Shown in pieces: positions 1-9,744 of a stretch of DNA of 64,000 bases. Each line of letters begins with the position of its first letter. Position 1 is the first letter of the stretch. A model generated the notes under the pieces. The model was not told the origin of the DNA and did no database searches. It was given only the letters and a program-made list of their open reading frames with translations. The DNA is from Candidatus Caldarchaeum sp. (GTDB lineage Archaea > Thermoproteota > Nitrososphaeria_A > Caldarchaeales > Caldarchaeaceae). Both the position numbers and the translations under genes were made by a program. The stretch lies in the NCBI GenBank assembly GCA_038844785.1, contig JAWBRA010000009.1, positions 3,295 through 67,294 of the forward strand, in the 5' to 3' direction.

Positions 1-34
1 GGTTGTTCCCATTTTTTCAGGCGGTGTTGTAACC

Positions 35-289
35 TTGGACATTGTCAACCTCGGAAACTCAACTCTCAGACGGACTGGAAACTGGCGTCTATACAAGCCG
101 GTTGTCGATTATCAGAGGTGCACTGGCTGCATGGTTTGCTACGTCTACTGTCCGGAGTCAGCGATAGCTCTAGACCCTGATAACAGGCCGTTGGTAGACT
201 ATGAAAACTGCAAGGGTTGTATGATTTGCTTGAAAGAGTGTCCTATGCGGGCTATATCGGCTGTCAGGGAGGTGAAGGTTTATGCGTGA
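35..289 (+). CDS. porD: Pyruvate/2-oxoacid:ferredoxin oxidoreductase delta subunit (2x[4Fe-4S] ferredoxin)
   Basis: 84 aa with two CxxCxxCxxxCP motifs (CTGCMVCYVYCP and CKGCMICLKECP). Sits immediately upstream of porA and overlaps it by 8 nt. Confidence 0.8.
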   Translation: MDIVNLGNSTLRRTGNWRLYKPVVDYQRCTGCMVCYVYCPESAIALDPDNRPLVDYENCKGCMICLKECPMRAISAVREVKVYA

Positions 290-1517
290 AGTGGAGATGA
301 TGACTGGAAACACTGCGGCAGCGTGGGCCGCTAGATTGGCAAATGTAGACTACATACCGGCATATCCGATAACACCCCAAACAGAGATTATCGAGACTCT
401 CGCCAAATGGATAAGAGAGGGTCTTATGAAGGCGAAGCTTGTCCAACTGGAGTCGGAGCACTCGATGCTCACCGCCGCGGGTACCGCCTCTTGCGCTGGG
501 GCGAGAGTTTTTACAGCAACCTCAAGTCAAGGTCTTCTTTACGGCTTTGAAATGCTCTACAACATATCGGGCTGGAGAGCTCCTCTGGTGTTGGTGAATG
601 TCTCTCGCGGAGTTGCTGCTCCGATAACCCTTGAGCCCGACCACAACGATGTGTTAGCGGCTAGGGACAGCGGTTTCCTCCAGCTGCATGCAGAAAGCTG
701 TCAAGATGTCTTTGACTTGGTTCTACTGGCTTACCGGGTTTCAGAGGACAAGAATGTGATGCTTCCCTCACTGGTTAACATGGACGGCTTCTACCTATCC
801 TTCACCCGCGAGCCTGTGCGTCTTCTGGACGAGGATGACGTCTCCTCCTTCCTACCACCCTATGAGCCGATAAACCCTTTCAGAGCAAGCCAGCCTGTCG
901 TCAAAGGTGCGGCTGTTATCGGCGGACACATATACACATACTTCAAACACAACATACACGAGTCTATGGATAGAGCTTTAGAGGTCTTCGAGAAAGCCGC
1001 GGCGGCTTTTGAAAAAATGACTGGAAGAAGGCACGGGCCCGTCGAAGGATACTTGCTAGACGATGCCGAGTATGTTCTGGTCATGAGCAACTCTTTCACA
1101 ACGATAGGGAGAAAGGCTGTGTTGAAGCTTAGGGAAAAAGGCGTGCCCGCGGGACTTGTCAAAGTTGTGATGCTGAGACCCTTCCCCAAGAAACAGGTCG
1201 TCGAGCTTCTTAAGGGGAGGAAAGCCGTGGCTGTCTTCGACCAAAACCTTTCCCCCGGGCTTGGTGGAATAATCCACAGCGAAGTGGCTTCATCACTGTA
1301 CCACGAGCGTAGGCGGCCGGAAACACTTCTGTCAGTTGTGGGTGGGCTTGGCGGAAAATACATATCACCCGAAGAGTTTGAACATGTCTTCAACCTTTTG
1401 CAGAATCCTGATGGATTGGACCTAACAAAGCCCGTGTTCCTTTTCAGAGAGGATGAGCTAAGCGACGTTAAGCGTGTGTTTAAGCTGGCAGGCTTGCAGG
1501 AGGTTGATGCACAGTGA
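282..1517 (+). CDS. porA: Pyruvate:ferredoxin oxidoreductase alpha subunit
   Basis: 411 aa. The N-terminus (TGNTAAAWAARLANVDYIPAYPITPQTEI) is typical of PFOR/VOR alpha subunits. Overlaps porB by 4 nt. Confidence 0.85.
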   Translation: MREVEMMTGNTAAAWAARLANVDYIPAYPITPQTEIIETLAKWIREGLMKAKLVQLESEHSMLTAAGTASCAGARVFTATSSQGLLYGFEMLYNISGWRAPLVLVNVSRGVAAPITLEPDHNDVLAARDSGFLQLHAESCQDVFDLVLLAYRVSEDKNVMLPSLVNMDGFYLSFTREPVRLLDEDDVSSFLPPYEPINPFRASQPVVKGAAVIGGHIYTYFKHNIHESMDRALEVFEKAAAAFEKMTGRRHGPVEGYLLDDAEYVLVMSNSFTTIGRKAVLKLREKGVPAGLVKVVMLRPFPKKQVVELLKGRKAVAVFDQNLSPGLGGIIHSEVASSLYHERRRPETLLSVVGGLGGKYISPEEFEHVFNLLQNPDGLDLTKPVFLFREDELSDVKRVFKLAGLQEVDAQ

Positions 1518-2497
1518 GTGTGACAAGGTTTAAGACGTTGAGGGATATTCCGTTAGAGGAGTTTTTAGCGGCAGGGTCTCCGATGTGCGCCGGCTGCGGC
1601 GGCCTGCTTGCCTTAAGGGTCTTCCACAAGGCCTTGGGCGGTAAAGCTGTCTTCGTAAACGCCGCCGGCTGCCTTACTCTTCTCCAAGTCTATCCCTACT
1701 CGCCGTTGAAGTCAAGTTGGATGTATACGGCTTTTGCGTCGGCTCCGGCTGGGGCCCAGGGCATAAGGGATGCTTTGGATGTTTTGCTCGAAAAAGGCCG
1801 AATCCCGGCTGAGGAGAACGTGAAAGTTGTTGCCCTTACAGGGGACGGCGCCGCCTACGACATCGGTCTTCAAGCTACTTCAGGAGCTATTGAGAGAGGT
1901 TTAGACTTCTACTACCTGGTTTATGATAACGAGGCTTATGGTAACACTGGTTTTCAGAAAAGCGGTGCAACTCCCTACGGCTCTGCGACGACAACCACTC
2001 CGCCAACAGAGCTAAACCCCGTCGGCTACACCGGGTTTAAGAAAGACCTTTTCGAGGTTTGGAGGAGTCATTCACCGCCTTACGTGGCAACGCTGGCGCC
2101 TTCCCATGTCGTCGACATGTTGAGAAAGATAGAGAAAGCGTCAAAGTACAAGGGTCCGAAGTTATTCATCTGTTTTTCGCCCTGTCCGACGGGGTGGGGT
2201 TTCGACCCTTCTGAGACGATAAGAATATCTAAGCTAGCTGTTGAATGCGGTGTATGGCCTTTGAAGGAGGCGGTGTTCGGCGAAGTCAAACACACAGTTG
2301 TCCCCCGGTTCCTAAAGCCTGTTGAGGAATATCTCTCAACTCAGGAGAGGTACAGACATTTGTTTCATCCTGTTAGGCTGGATGAAGCCATCGAAAAAAT
2401 ACAGGAGCAGGTCTATATTTACTGGAAAAAGGCTAAGGAAGCTGAGAACCTAGACATTATTCTGCCGTCGGAGATGCAGATACGTCTAAAACCCTGA
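1514..2497 (+). CDS. porB: Pyruvate:ferredoxin oxidoreductase beta subunit (TPP-binding)
   Basis: 327 aa with the TPP-binding GDGAAYDIG motif and conserved Cys residues near the N-terminus (CAGCG). Confidence 0.85.
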   Translation: MSVTRFKTLRDIPLEEFLAAGSPMCAGCGGLLALRVFHKALGGKAVFVNAAGCLTLLQVYPYSPLKSSWMYTAFASAPAGAQGIRDALDVLLEKGRIPAEENVKVVALTGDGAAYDIGLQATSGAIERGLDFYYLVYDNEAYGNTGFQKSGATPYGSATTTTPPTELNPVGYTGFKKDLFEVWRSHSPPYVATLAPSHVVDMLRKIEKASKYKGPKLFICFSPCPTGWGFDPSETIRISKLAVECGVWPLKEAVFGEVKHTVVPRFLKPVEEYLSTQERYRHLFHPVRLDEAIEKIQEQVYIYWKKAKEAENLDIILPSEMQIRLKP

Positions 2498-2774
2498 AAA
2501 AGTTTCGGCTCTAGCGGCTGGGTTATTAGAGGATGACGGATTGTTGTCGGTTACAGTGCCTTCGAAGATAACTTTGTTTCAGCTCATTTGTTGGATGTGG
2601 ACGAGAACTTTAGGGAAAAGTCAGCCCAACAGCTTTCTTCAATGCTTGAACAAAAAGAACCTCGGCTGCATATTGATAGCGTTATGTAAAAAACGGGGCA
2701 AGCAGTAAACACTATGCATTAGCGGTGCTGGAAAACTGTATGAACTATAGTGATAGTTCAAAAAGCTTTGAAAA

Positions 2775-3812
2775 TTACGCAGGCTTACGTTTCTTCAAAA
2801 CTTCGTATAGAGCTGTCTTGACTTGTTTTTCTGCTACCAAACCCATGGGTTTGAACAAAAGCATCACTATTATCAACGCTCCCATAAAGGCGTACCTTAG
2901 GTAGGAGATGTCAAAGCCGACAACTATGCCGAAGACGGCTAAAGTGCTTGCTTGAGAAAACCGTTCGAACAGCGAGAGGACAACAGCTCCAACGACAGCG
3001 CCTACGTTGTTCGCAACCCCACCCAGTATAATCATTGTTAGAATGAAGAACGTGATGGAGGGGACGAAATCGTCGGGGAAGATGGATTGGGAGTAAAATG
3101 TGTAAATCGAGCCGGCTGCGCCGGCGATCGCAGAGCCGATGAAAAGCACTTGACCACGGACCTGTGCGACATTCTTCCCAAACACGTAGCCCACGAGCTC
3201 GTCGTCTCTAACCGCCTTCATCACCCTGCCAAACGGAGAGTTAGAAACTCTTTCAACTAAGACGAATACAAGAGCTGTAACTAGGAAGGTTGTTGCTAGA
3301 TAAGCTGTTGTCACGAGGGTCGGCTGCTTCAAGAAGACGAATGGGTTAGCTATTCCCGAGATGCCGAACACGCCTCCAACCAAGGGCTCGTAGGTCCTTA
3401 CGAAAACTCTCGCCGCCTCACCGAATATCAACAGGGTTATCGCCAGCATGCTTTCCTTCAGAGCTAAAGCTGGATAGCTCGCCAAATATCCTATCACGCC
3501 AGCGACCCCCGCGCTGAGGACCAAGCTCAATATGAAAATCCCTATTGAAACAGCGGGGTTGTCTGCTGCATATGCAACCCTCAAAGACGCCGCCACAGCC
3601 GACAAAGGGTCCGCAACACCCAAAATGGAATCGTATATTTTGGTCGTTAGAGCAGCCGTCACGATGGATCCGATGAAGAAGAACAGGACTTTACCCAGGT
3701 TTGGTACGCCGGTGTACCCGTATTCGATGTTCGTGCTTAGGGCTAGCATTATGTAAATCAGTAGGTAGAACATGGAGCTGTAGAATAAGATGAGGAGGCT
3801 TTCGAGGTTCAA
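2775..3812 (-). CDS. livM: Branched-chain amino acid ABC transporter permease (LivM-like)
   Basis: 345 aa, polytopic and hydrophobic. Last gene of a liv-like operon. Overlaps livH by 4 nt. Confidence 0.75.
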   Translation of the reverse strand: MNLESLLILFYSSMFYLLIYIMLALSTNIEYGYTGVPNLGKVLFFFIGSIVTAALTTKIYDSILGVADPLSAVAASLRVAYAADNPAVSIGIFILSLVLSAGVAGVIGYLASYPALALKESMLAITLLIFGEAARVFVRTYEPLVGGVFGISGIANPFVFLKQPTLVTTAYLATTFLVTALVFVLVERVSNSPFGRVMKAVRDDELVGYVFGKNVAQVRGQVLFIGSAIAGAAGSIYTFYSQSIFPDDFVPSITFFILTMIILGGVANNVGAVVGAVVLSLFERFSQASTLAVFGIVVGFDISYLRYAFMGALIIVMLLFKPMGLVAEKQVKTALYEVLKKRKPA

Positions 3813-4708
3813 GCTTCAACCACCCTTCTGAGCCTTAAACGGTTGCGGTAAAGCAATGTGACGGCTATAGCCACGTATGGGATGAGCGGTTTATACGCCG
3901 TCTCGACGCCGAAGCCTCTGTTCAAAACCCACATACCCATGTTCTCCGCAAACCCTATGACAAACCCTCCGGCAAGCGTTAGGGGGAAGCTGGTTAGGCC
4001 GCCTATTATCGAGGCGGAGAAAACCCACAGCAGCATGCGCCATCCGGACTCGGGGTTTATTGCGGTATAGTATGCCCAAAGGGCTCCTGAAACACCGGCA
4101 AGGAAGCCTGTGAGCAGCCTAGTGAACTTTCTGACACGCCAGACCGGTATCCCGCTGCTGACTGCAAGGTCTCTGTTGCTGGCGACTGCCCGCATAGCTT
4201 TGCCGATTTTTGTTCTGAAGCTGGTGTATGTGAGGATGGTGACGCTGGCTAGAAGTGTCGCTAGGGCTAGGGCGTGGAGACGGGTCAGCGGCCTAGCTCC
4301 AAGATATATCAGGGGGAAGTCCTTGAAACCGGATGAGAGGAAGAGAAGGTCTTCTATGTCTGCGAAGATGGAGAAAGTGTAGCGGATTAGAAGGCTGGCT
4401 CCGATGCTTGCTATGAAGACCTGCAGCAAGGTGGCTCCCCTTAGCTCAAGCCTTTTGTAACCCAGCTCGTCCACTAGAATAGAGATAAGAGAAGCGCCCG
4501 CCCCAGCTAAGAACATCGAACCTATCGGGTCAAATCCCTGCAGTGTTGAAAGGGCTGCTATGTAACATCCTATGGTGATGTATTCGCCTACAGCGAAGTC
4601 GGCTATTTTCGTAACAGAGTAGTTCAGCGTCAGCCCAACCGCAGCCATGGCGTACAGCGATGAAGCCAGGAGTGATATAGGGAGCTGTGCCAAAGCCTCC
4701 TCTATCAT
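3809..4708 (-). CDS. livH: Branched-chain amino acid ABC transporter permease (LivH-like)
   Basis: 299 aa polytopic membrane protein in the position of livH within the operon. Confidence 0.75.
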   Translation of the reverse strand: MIEEALAQLPISLLASSLYAMAAVGLTLNYSVTKIADFAVGEYITIGCYIAALSTLQGFDPIGSMFLAGAGASLISILVDELGYKRLELRGATLLQVFIASIGASLLIRYTFSIFADIEDLLFLSSGFKDFPLIYLGARPLTRLHALALATLLASVTILTYTSFRTKIGKAMRAVASNRDLAVSSGIPVWRVRKFTRLLTGFLAGVSGALWAYYTAINPESGWRMLLWVFSASIIGGLTSFPLTLAGGFVIGFAENMGMWVLNRGFGVETAYKPLIPYVAIAVTLLYRNRLRLRRVVEA

Positions 4709-4721
4709 TCAGCCCCAGCCT

Positions 4722-5429
4722 TTAACCTCTTTGGAAGAAGATTGCGCCAAGGTCGACTCCGGCCATGTTCTCGCTGGGGGCTTCGAAAACGATTCTCCCA
4801 CCCACCATCACCACTGTCCTGTCAGAGTGCTGGATCGCTTTGAGGGCGTGCTGCTCTATTAAAGCCATAGTAATGCCCTCCCTCCGCAACAAATCAATTT
4901 TTTCATAGATTCTGTCAACAATTTTCGGTGCAAGGCCTGCAGAAGGCTCGTCGATAATTACAAGCTTGGGAGAGGTCATGAGAAGCCTTGCCATAGCTAG
5001 CATCTGACGTTCTCCGCCGCTCATGGTTCCAGCTTTTTGACTAACACGCTCTTCAAGCTCGGGAAACATTTCAAGAACTTGACGCAGTCTTGCTTTGAGC
5101 TCAGTCTTGCTTAGACTGTAACCTCCCATCTCTAGGTTTTCTAATACTGTGAGGTCTGGGAAAATGTTCTGGGTCTGAGGCAAGTATCCTATTCCCATAT
5201 GTATTCTTTTCTCGGGAGGAGTGTGGGTTATGTCTTTTCCCTCATAGTTTAACGAGCCTGAAAAGATCGTGGTGAACCCTATGATGGATTTGGCTAGGGT
5301 GCTTTTACCCGAGCCGTTAGGACCTATGACGGCTGCTGTCACCCCCTCCATGAGTCTGAGGTTTATGTCCCTGATGATTGGTAGTTTACCGTAGCCAGCA
5401 ACCAATCCTTGAATTTCTAAGACGTTCAT
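4722..5429 (-). CDS. livF: Branched-chain amino acid ABC transporter ATP-binding protein (LivF-like)
   Basis: 235 aa with Walker A (GPNGSGKST), the ABC signature LSGGERQ and Walker B (LVIIDEP). Confidence 0.85.
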   Translation of the reverse strand: MNVLEIQGLVAGYGKLPIIRDINLRLMEGVTAAVIGPNGSGKSTLAKSIIGFTTIFSGSLNYEGKDITHTPPEKRIHMGIGYLPQTQNIFPDLTVLENLEMGGYSLSKTELKARLRQVLEMFPELEERVSQKAGTMSGGERQMLAMARLLMTSPKLVIIDEPSAGLAPKIVDRIYEKIDLLRREGITMALIEQHALKAIQHSDRTVVMVGGRIVFEAPSENMAGVDLGAIFFQRG

Positions 5430-6187
5430 GGACCTCTGCCGCCAAGGTAAGCCTCTATCACTTTCTCGTCTCTGACAGCGCTTCCTGGATCGCCGTCGTA
5501 GATTATTTTTCCTTCATGCATGACAATGACCCTCTGCACATATTCAAGCAGCATATCTATTCGGTGTTCTATGATTATGAATGTGGTGTTCCTGATTTTG
5601 TTTAGCTCTTGGATTGTTTTGAAAATTTTGTGGGCTAAGGGGGTTGCGACTCCCGCAGCTGGTTCGTCTAGAAGAACTAGCTTACCCTCACCCATTACAG
5701 CTCTTCCGATCTCCGTTAGTTTCATCTGGCCTCCCGAAACCTCCGACCCCCAGCTTTGATGGACTTCTAAGAGATGGAGCCAGTCAAGGACCTCCGCAGC
5801 CTTCTCTGAAAGGCTTTTTTCCTGCTCAACCCACAGCCCTCTGAACGGCGCTTTTAAGGGTGACTCACCTTTTTGCCCGGCTGGCGCCAGCATGAAGTTC
5901 TCTGCAACCGTGAGATGCCAGAAGGTGCGTGGTATCTGGAAACTTCTCACTATTCCGCGTTTGAATAGTTCATGAGGCATAAGGCCGTCAACTCTCTCTC
6001 CCTCAAACCAAATCCCGCCCGCGTCAGGCTTCAAAACACCTGAGATGAGGTTGAAGAGCGTTGTCTTCCCCGAGCCGTTTGGACCGATCAACCCTATAAG
6101 CTCTCCCCTAGCCGCTGTGAACGAGACACCGTTGACAGCAACCAGTCCCCCAAACCGTTTTGTAAGCTCTCTGACCTGGAGGCTCAA
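5426..6187 (-). CDS. livG: Branched-chain amino acid ABC transporter ATP-binding protein (LivG-like)
   Basis: 253 aa with Walker A (GPNGSGKTT), signature VSGGQMK and Walker B (LVLLDEP). Overlaps livF by 4 nt. Confidence 0.85.
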   Translation of the reverse strand: MSLQVRELTKRFGGLVAVNGVSFTAARGELIGLIGPNGSGKTTLFNLISGVLKPDAGGIWFEGERVDGLMPHELFKRGIVRSFQIPRTFWHLTVAENFMLAPAGQKGESPLKAPFRGLWVEQEKSLSEKAAEVLDWLHLLEVHQSWGSEVSGGQMKLTEIGRAVMGEGKLVLLDEPAAGVATPLAHKIFKTIQELNKIRNTTFIIIEHRIDMLLEYVQRVIVMHEGKIIYDGDPGSAVRDEKVIEAYLGGRGP

Positions 6188-6191
6188 TCCT

Positions 6192-7571
6192 CTAACCTAG
6201 TAGCTCGATGACCTCTGCGGGATACCGCCATGTTCCGATGTCTTTAAAAACGTATTTCCCATCTACAAGCCTGTACCGCCATATAGTATAGTCGGAGCCT
6301 CTGGCGTCGCCGTATTCGTCGAAGGCTTTGTATCCCGTCACCCCTATGTATCTCTCGCCCGCTATGGGTAAAGCGTTTCTGACCGCGTCGGCATCGTATT
6401 TCCCTGCGTAGAGGATTGAAAGGGCTGCCAGCCAGACCGCGTCGTAGGTGAAGTAGGCGTATGGAGATGGGTCTCGGCCGAACCGGGCTTTGTAGTCGGC
6501 TTCAAACTTTGCGGCCAATGGACCTCCCCTAGGAGAGGCGAAAACACCGGTTAACTTGACTTTGTTGAGAAACTCCGCTATCTCTGCTGTGGCCCTTCCA
6601 TCGGGAGCTGGAAGGTATGCGGCAGGACGTCTCAACGTCTCAGAACCATACCATCTAACCTTGGAGAGCGTCGCGTCGAGCCTTGCATGACCAAGTATGT
6701 TGAGCCCATCGTCCTCGAAAGCGATTATAAAAACAGCTGTTTGCTGGTCTGCTCCAAGCTCGGACACCATCGAGCTGAGCCTGGAGACTTCAGCAGCGTA
6801 GTCAGGCTGTCCCACAGTGTAGAGAAGCTTTACAACTCTTCCGCCGTATTTTTCGACAAACACCTTTTCGAAAGCGTCCGCAAGCCCTTTACCGTAATCG
6901 TCGTTCCTTGCGATGATTGCAACCTTCATAGCCCCTTCTTTGTTCATCAGCTGGGCTAGGACGCGGGCTTGGAACAGGTCTGTCGGAACATCTCTGAATA
7001 CATAGTCTGAAGCCGCCAGCAGAGGGCTGGTTGAGGACGGGCTTATGACCACCATTTTGTTGGTGTTGACGAAGTCCATAACACCTCTTACTTCTCCAGA
7101 TGAGAACGGCCCAACCACCACCCTAATTCCAGCAGCATACATTGTCTGGATGACTTTCAAGGCGTCCGCGGCCGTTCCCTTGGTGTCGTCGTGAACGAAC
7201 TTGAACCTCACTGGCGAACCGATTGATTCTAGGTAGGCGTTTATATGGTCTATTGCTAGAATGCCGCCGTCTCTCCTGACTGGGCCGTCAACGGCGTAGG
7301 GGCCGCTCACAGCCATCGCAAACCCAATCGTGTACTCAACACGTGTGGGAACAGCAGTAATGGTTACAAACTGGGTAGCTGTTTGTGTTGTTAAAGCTGT
7401 TCTGACGACGGTTACTGTACCGGCTTCAACAGTTCTTATCAGGGTTAAGGTCTGAACCACAGCAGGCCCGGTTGTTACGAGATATCCGAGAATGCCCGCC
7501 AAAACCAGTATTATGATTATCAGAGCGGAAACCAACGGCGTTATACGAGCCTGAGCTTTTTCACCGCTCAT
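6192..7571 (-). CDS. livK: Branched-chain amino acid ABC transporter substrate-binding protein, membrane-anchored
   Basis: Periplasmic-binding-protein-like body, preceded by an N-terminal TM anchor and a Thr/Val-rich linker. The start is probably the internal Met at 7571 (MSGEKAQARI...), with an AT-rich TATA-like box about 25-30 nt upstream. The maximal ORF extends to 7733. Confidence 0.7.
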   Translation of the reverse strand: MSGEKAQARITPLVSALIIIILVLAGILGYLVTTGPAVVQTLTLIRTVEAGTVTVVRTALTTQTATQFVTITAVPTRVEYTIGFAMAVSGPYAVDGPVRRDGGILAIDHINAYLESIGSPVRFKFVHDDTKGTAADALKVIQTMYAAGIRVVVGPFSSGEVRGVMDFVNTNKMVVISPSSTSPLLAASDYVFRDVPTDLFQARVLAQLMNKEGAMKVAIIARNDDYGKGLADAFEKVFVEKYGGRVVKLLYTVGQPDYAAEVSRLSSMVSELGADQQTAVFIIAFEDDGLNILGHARLDATLSKVRWYGSETLRRPAAYLPAPDGRATAEIAEFLNKVKLTGVFASPRGGPLAAKFEADYKARFGRDPSPYAYFTYDAVWLAALSILYAGKYDADAVRNALPIAGERYIGVTGYKAFDEYGDARGSDYTIWRYRLVDGKYVFKDIGTWRYPAEVIELLG

Positions 7572-7593
7572 TTCACTTGTATTAAGTGGTGGG

Positions 7594-7603
7594 ATAATAT
7601 ATC
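7594..7603 (-). promoter_or_regulatory. TATA-like box (ATATATTAT) upstream of livK operon, leaderless arrangement
   Basis: AT-rich box about 25-30 nt upstream of the proposed livK ATG on the minus strand. Coordinates are approximate. Confidence 0.35.
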
Positions 7604-7896
7604 TTTTCACGGTTTTTGGTCCGAAAGTGTATTTGGCTGTCTGCGAGGTTTCGGAGACCTGTCGCCGGTCTTGATTCTGTCTCAGCGAGCTGCAGCACAA
7701 AATCTTCTTTAAATCAGCAACGGCGACCGGCAAAACGATAGCGTTCGCGTGGAAGCCTGCAGTTCAGTAAAACTATCGAAAAGTCTTTGATCCCCATGTT
7801 GTGTGAGGCTTTCGCTGTACTGATAGCAGGTCTTTCAATACTGTCGTGGATTTTTACCTTCGGAGCCCGTGCTACTTAAAATCGTTATTCAAAGCT

Positions 7897-8142
7897 TCAT
7901 TTTTTCGTGAGTCTGAGTAATGTGACGAAAGCTGCTGTCAGGAAGGTTATCACTGATGGGACGAAGTTTCCGATGGCGAACAGCTGTCCTGTCCAGTTTA
8001 AGTCTATCGAGCTTCCCTGATGGTTTAAGGCTGTCGGAGAGATGGCGATTTTTAATGTAGAGGCCTTGAAGCGCCAACCTATCATCTGGGTAAGGATGTC
8101 TTTTACGAGAGACCGCACACCTTGACCGATGTGGATGCCCAT
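7897..8142 (-). CDS. Hypothetical small protein with C-terminal hydrophobic segment
   Basis: 81 aa ORF with an apparent C-terminal TM stretch. It overlaps an alternative-frame ORF (7889..8197) and lies in an ORF-poor region, so the coding call is weak. Confidence 0.2.
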   Translation of the reverse strand: MGIHIGQGVRSLVKDILTQMIGWRFKASTLKIAISPTALNHQGSSIDLNWTGQLFAIGNFVPSVITFLTAAFVTLLRLTKK

Positions 8143-8368
8143 TATGAAGGCGACGGCGAGTCCTAGAACTTCTTACTTTGACACGAACTCGTTCCACAAA
8201 CCCTTTGGCGGCGGAGCGGGCTTAGACCCCCGAAAGCATCTTAATCTCCTTTTCATACTACGTCACATTTGGACATGAAATAATAGTTCAACTCATTTGT
8301 ATTAGGGCAAGATAGTTATTTTTGACTGACGAGGATAACAGCTAAATGAACGTTCGAACAGCAAAAAC

Positions 8369-8389
8369 TGGGCCCGTAGCTCAGCCAGG
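8369..8389 (+). repeat. 21-nt duplicate of the 5' end of the downstream tRNA-Lys gene (TGGGCCCGTAGCTCAGCCAGG); att-like partial tRNA
   Basis: Exact 21-nt identity with 10533..10553. No T-arm or 3' acceptor sequence follows, so it is not a complete tRNA. Confidence 0.6.
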
Positions 8390-8529
8390 ACCTTTAAAGA
8401 ATGTTTTCGCGTAGCTCTACACCCCTTAAAAACTTTATCCTCTACTCCACACTGATATACATGCGGCGCAAGTGGATGAAAGAAGAGCATATATCTCTGT
8501 CGAATTTTATGGTGTGTTGGATAATTCTT

Positions 8530-9540
8530 GCCCCCTTCCTCCTTTATAAGCTTTCACAGGTTTAGTGGTGGTAGCATTTCCATGAACCGGTTGTGTAGGT
8601 ATGCCTTCCACCCTATCTCCTGTACCATGTTATCCCATTTCCTTAACGTCCTCTTTATGGAGGAGAAGGTTGACTCGCCATCCATCTGTAGCCGTAACTC
8701 TTATCAGACCCCCACCTCCTATAGTCCATCTGCTCTATTACAGGGTTCTCCGGGTTTTGCCGCCGCTGGGTTCATTTCCCCATCAGGTTTAGGATGTTTA
8801 AAGCGTTTTCGGGACAGTATAGGAAACACCACCTATCCGCTTAAATCCATGCTTGTTTTATGTTGTTGTGATGAACGGGACGATGGTCCCGTGAAGGGGT
8901 TGAATTCCTGAGGCCATCCCCTCCAGGCGTGAGGGGGTGTGAAAACATAGAGTCGTCCCCGCGAACACGCATAGGAAAACTCCGCCAAAAACAAACCCTC
9001 ACCCAACCCGCCGTAGAAGGCGGCCACCCCTTTCTAAATGCTGTGGGGTGGCTGGGAGGGTTTGGCTGGAAACTGGGCCTTGGCGCGGCCACTGGGTTGG
9101 CGGACGTGCGGTAGGGAGACAGACGACGTATGAAGGCTGTCTGGACAATGCTGGACGACGTTCTCCACATCCATTCCACTTATGTTTCTCAGACACCATG
9201 GGGGTGTTTGAGAGGGTTTGTGGATGGATGCTGGAGACACGAAGACACAGGATAAGGTTCAGAGGCTTCCGAAGATATACCCTCACCCACGGTCTGGTGG
9301 CTTGCTTGAGGGGGTTTTCCACGGCCTCACAGGCCGCCCTCCCCAACCTCCACAAATGGGGAGGGGTATGAGCTGTTCCTCCCAAGCCAAGCCACCGGGC
9401 TTGCAGGTGGCTGAAGCCTGCTCCCCGGCGCGTAAAACGACAGGGGGGCGGGGGATGGTGTGGAAGGCCGCCAGCCCCCCGCAAGGCTTAGGCCTCCTGA
9501 AAAATGGTGGAAGGGGTTGGGATGACAGATAGCCCGAAAA
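8530..9540. other. ORF-poor, GC-rich, hairpin-dense segment (candidate structured ncRNA or decayed integrated element)
   Basis: About 1 kb where all six frames give only short, overlapping, Pro/Arg/Gly-rich pseudo-ORFs. There are many local inverted repeats (e.g. CCCCTC..GAGGGGG, GCCG..CGGC). Base composition is visibly more G+C rich than the flanks. Confidence 0.4.
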
Positions 9541-9744
9541 GAGGCTTATAAACCTCTCGGGAGAGAATTAAGAAGGTTCTACGTCGATGTTCACACGTCG
9601 GCAAACGGCAAACGTAGAGCGAGGCCGCATGTTGTCTTCGACGGACACCACTGTGTTAGGACGGCTCGTCTTGTTGACGTTCCTGCAGCCGAAGGCGATG
9701 AGGTTTAAGTCGACGTCATACCTTCAACCATTTATGACGATGTT

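Noticed and set aside
860-1393. 177-aa ORF antisense to porA (and 1056..1277).
   Set aside because: It lies entirely inside a well-supported PFOR alpha gene on the opposite strand, and its amino-acid composition (Ser/Pro/Thr-rich) is not protein-like.
2498-2774. Possible small RNA in the porB and livM convergent intergenic gap (ATGACG..CTCA..ATGTGGA elements).
   Set aside because: The box spacing and sequences do not fit C/D or H/ACA architecture convincingly. The gap is more simply explained as a bidirectional terminator region.
8370-8450. A second tRNA gene starting GGGCCCGTAGCTCAGCCAGG.
   Set aside because: Only the first about 21 nt match a tRNA. No D-stem partner, anticodon arm, T-arm (GGTTCAAATCC) or 3' acceptor strand follows within 300 nt. 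It is called a partial duplicate (att-like repeat) instead.
8841-9532. Several 60-160 aa ORFs on both strands (e.g. 8999..9484 minus, 9048..9371 plus, 9218..9532 plus) with Pro/Arg/Gly-rich translations.
   Set aside because: They overlap one another in multiple frames and have low-complexity, non-protein-like compositions. They arise from a GC-rich region, which is the typical artefact of such regions. The segment is treated as non-coding.
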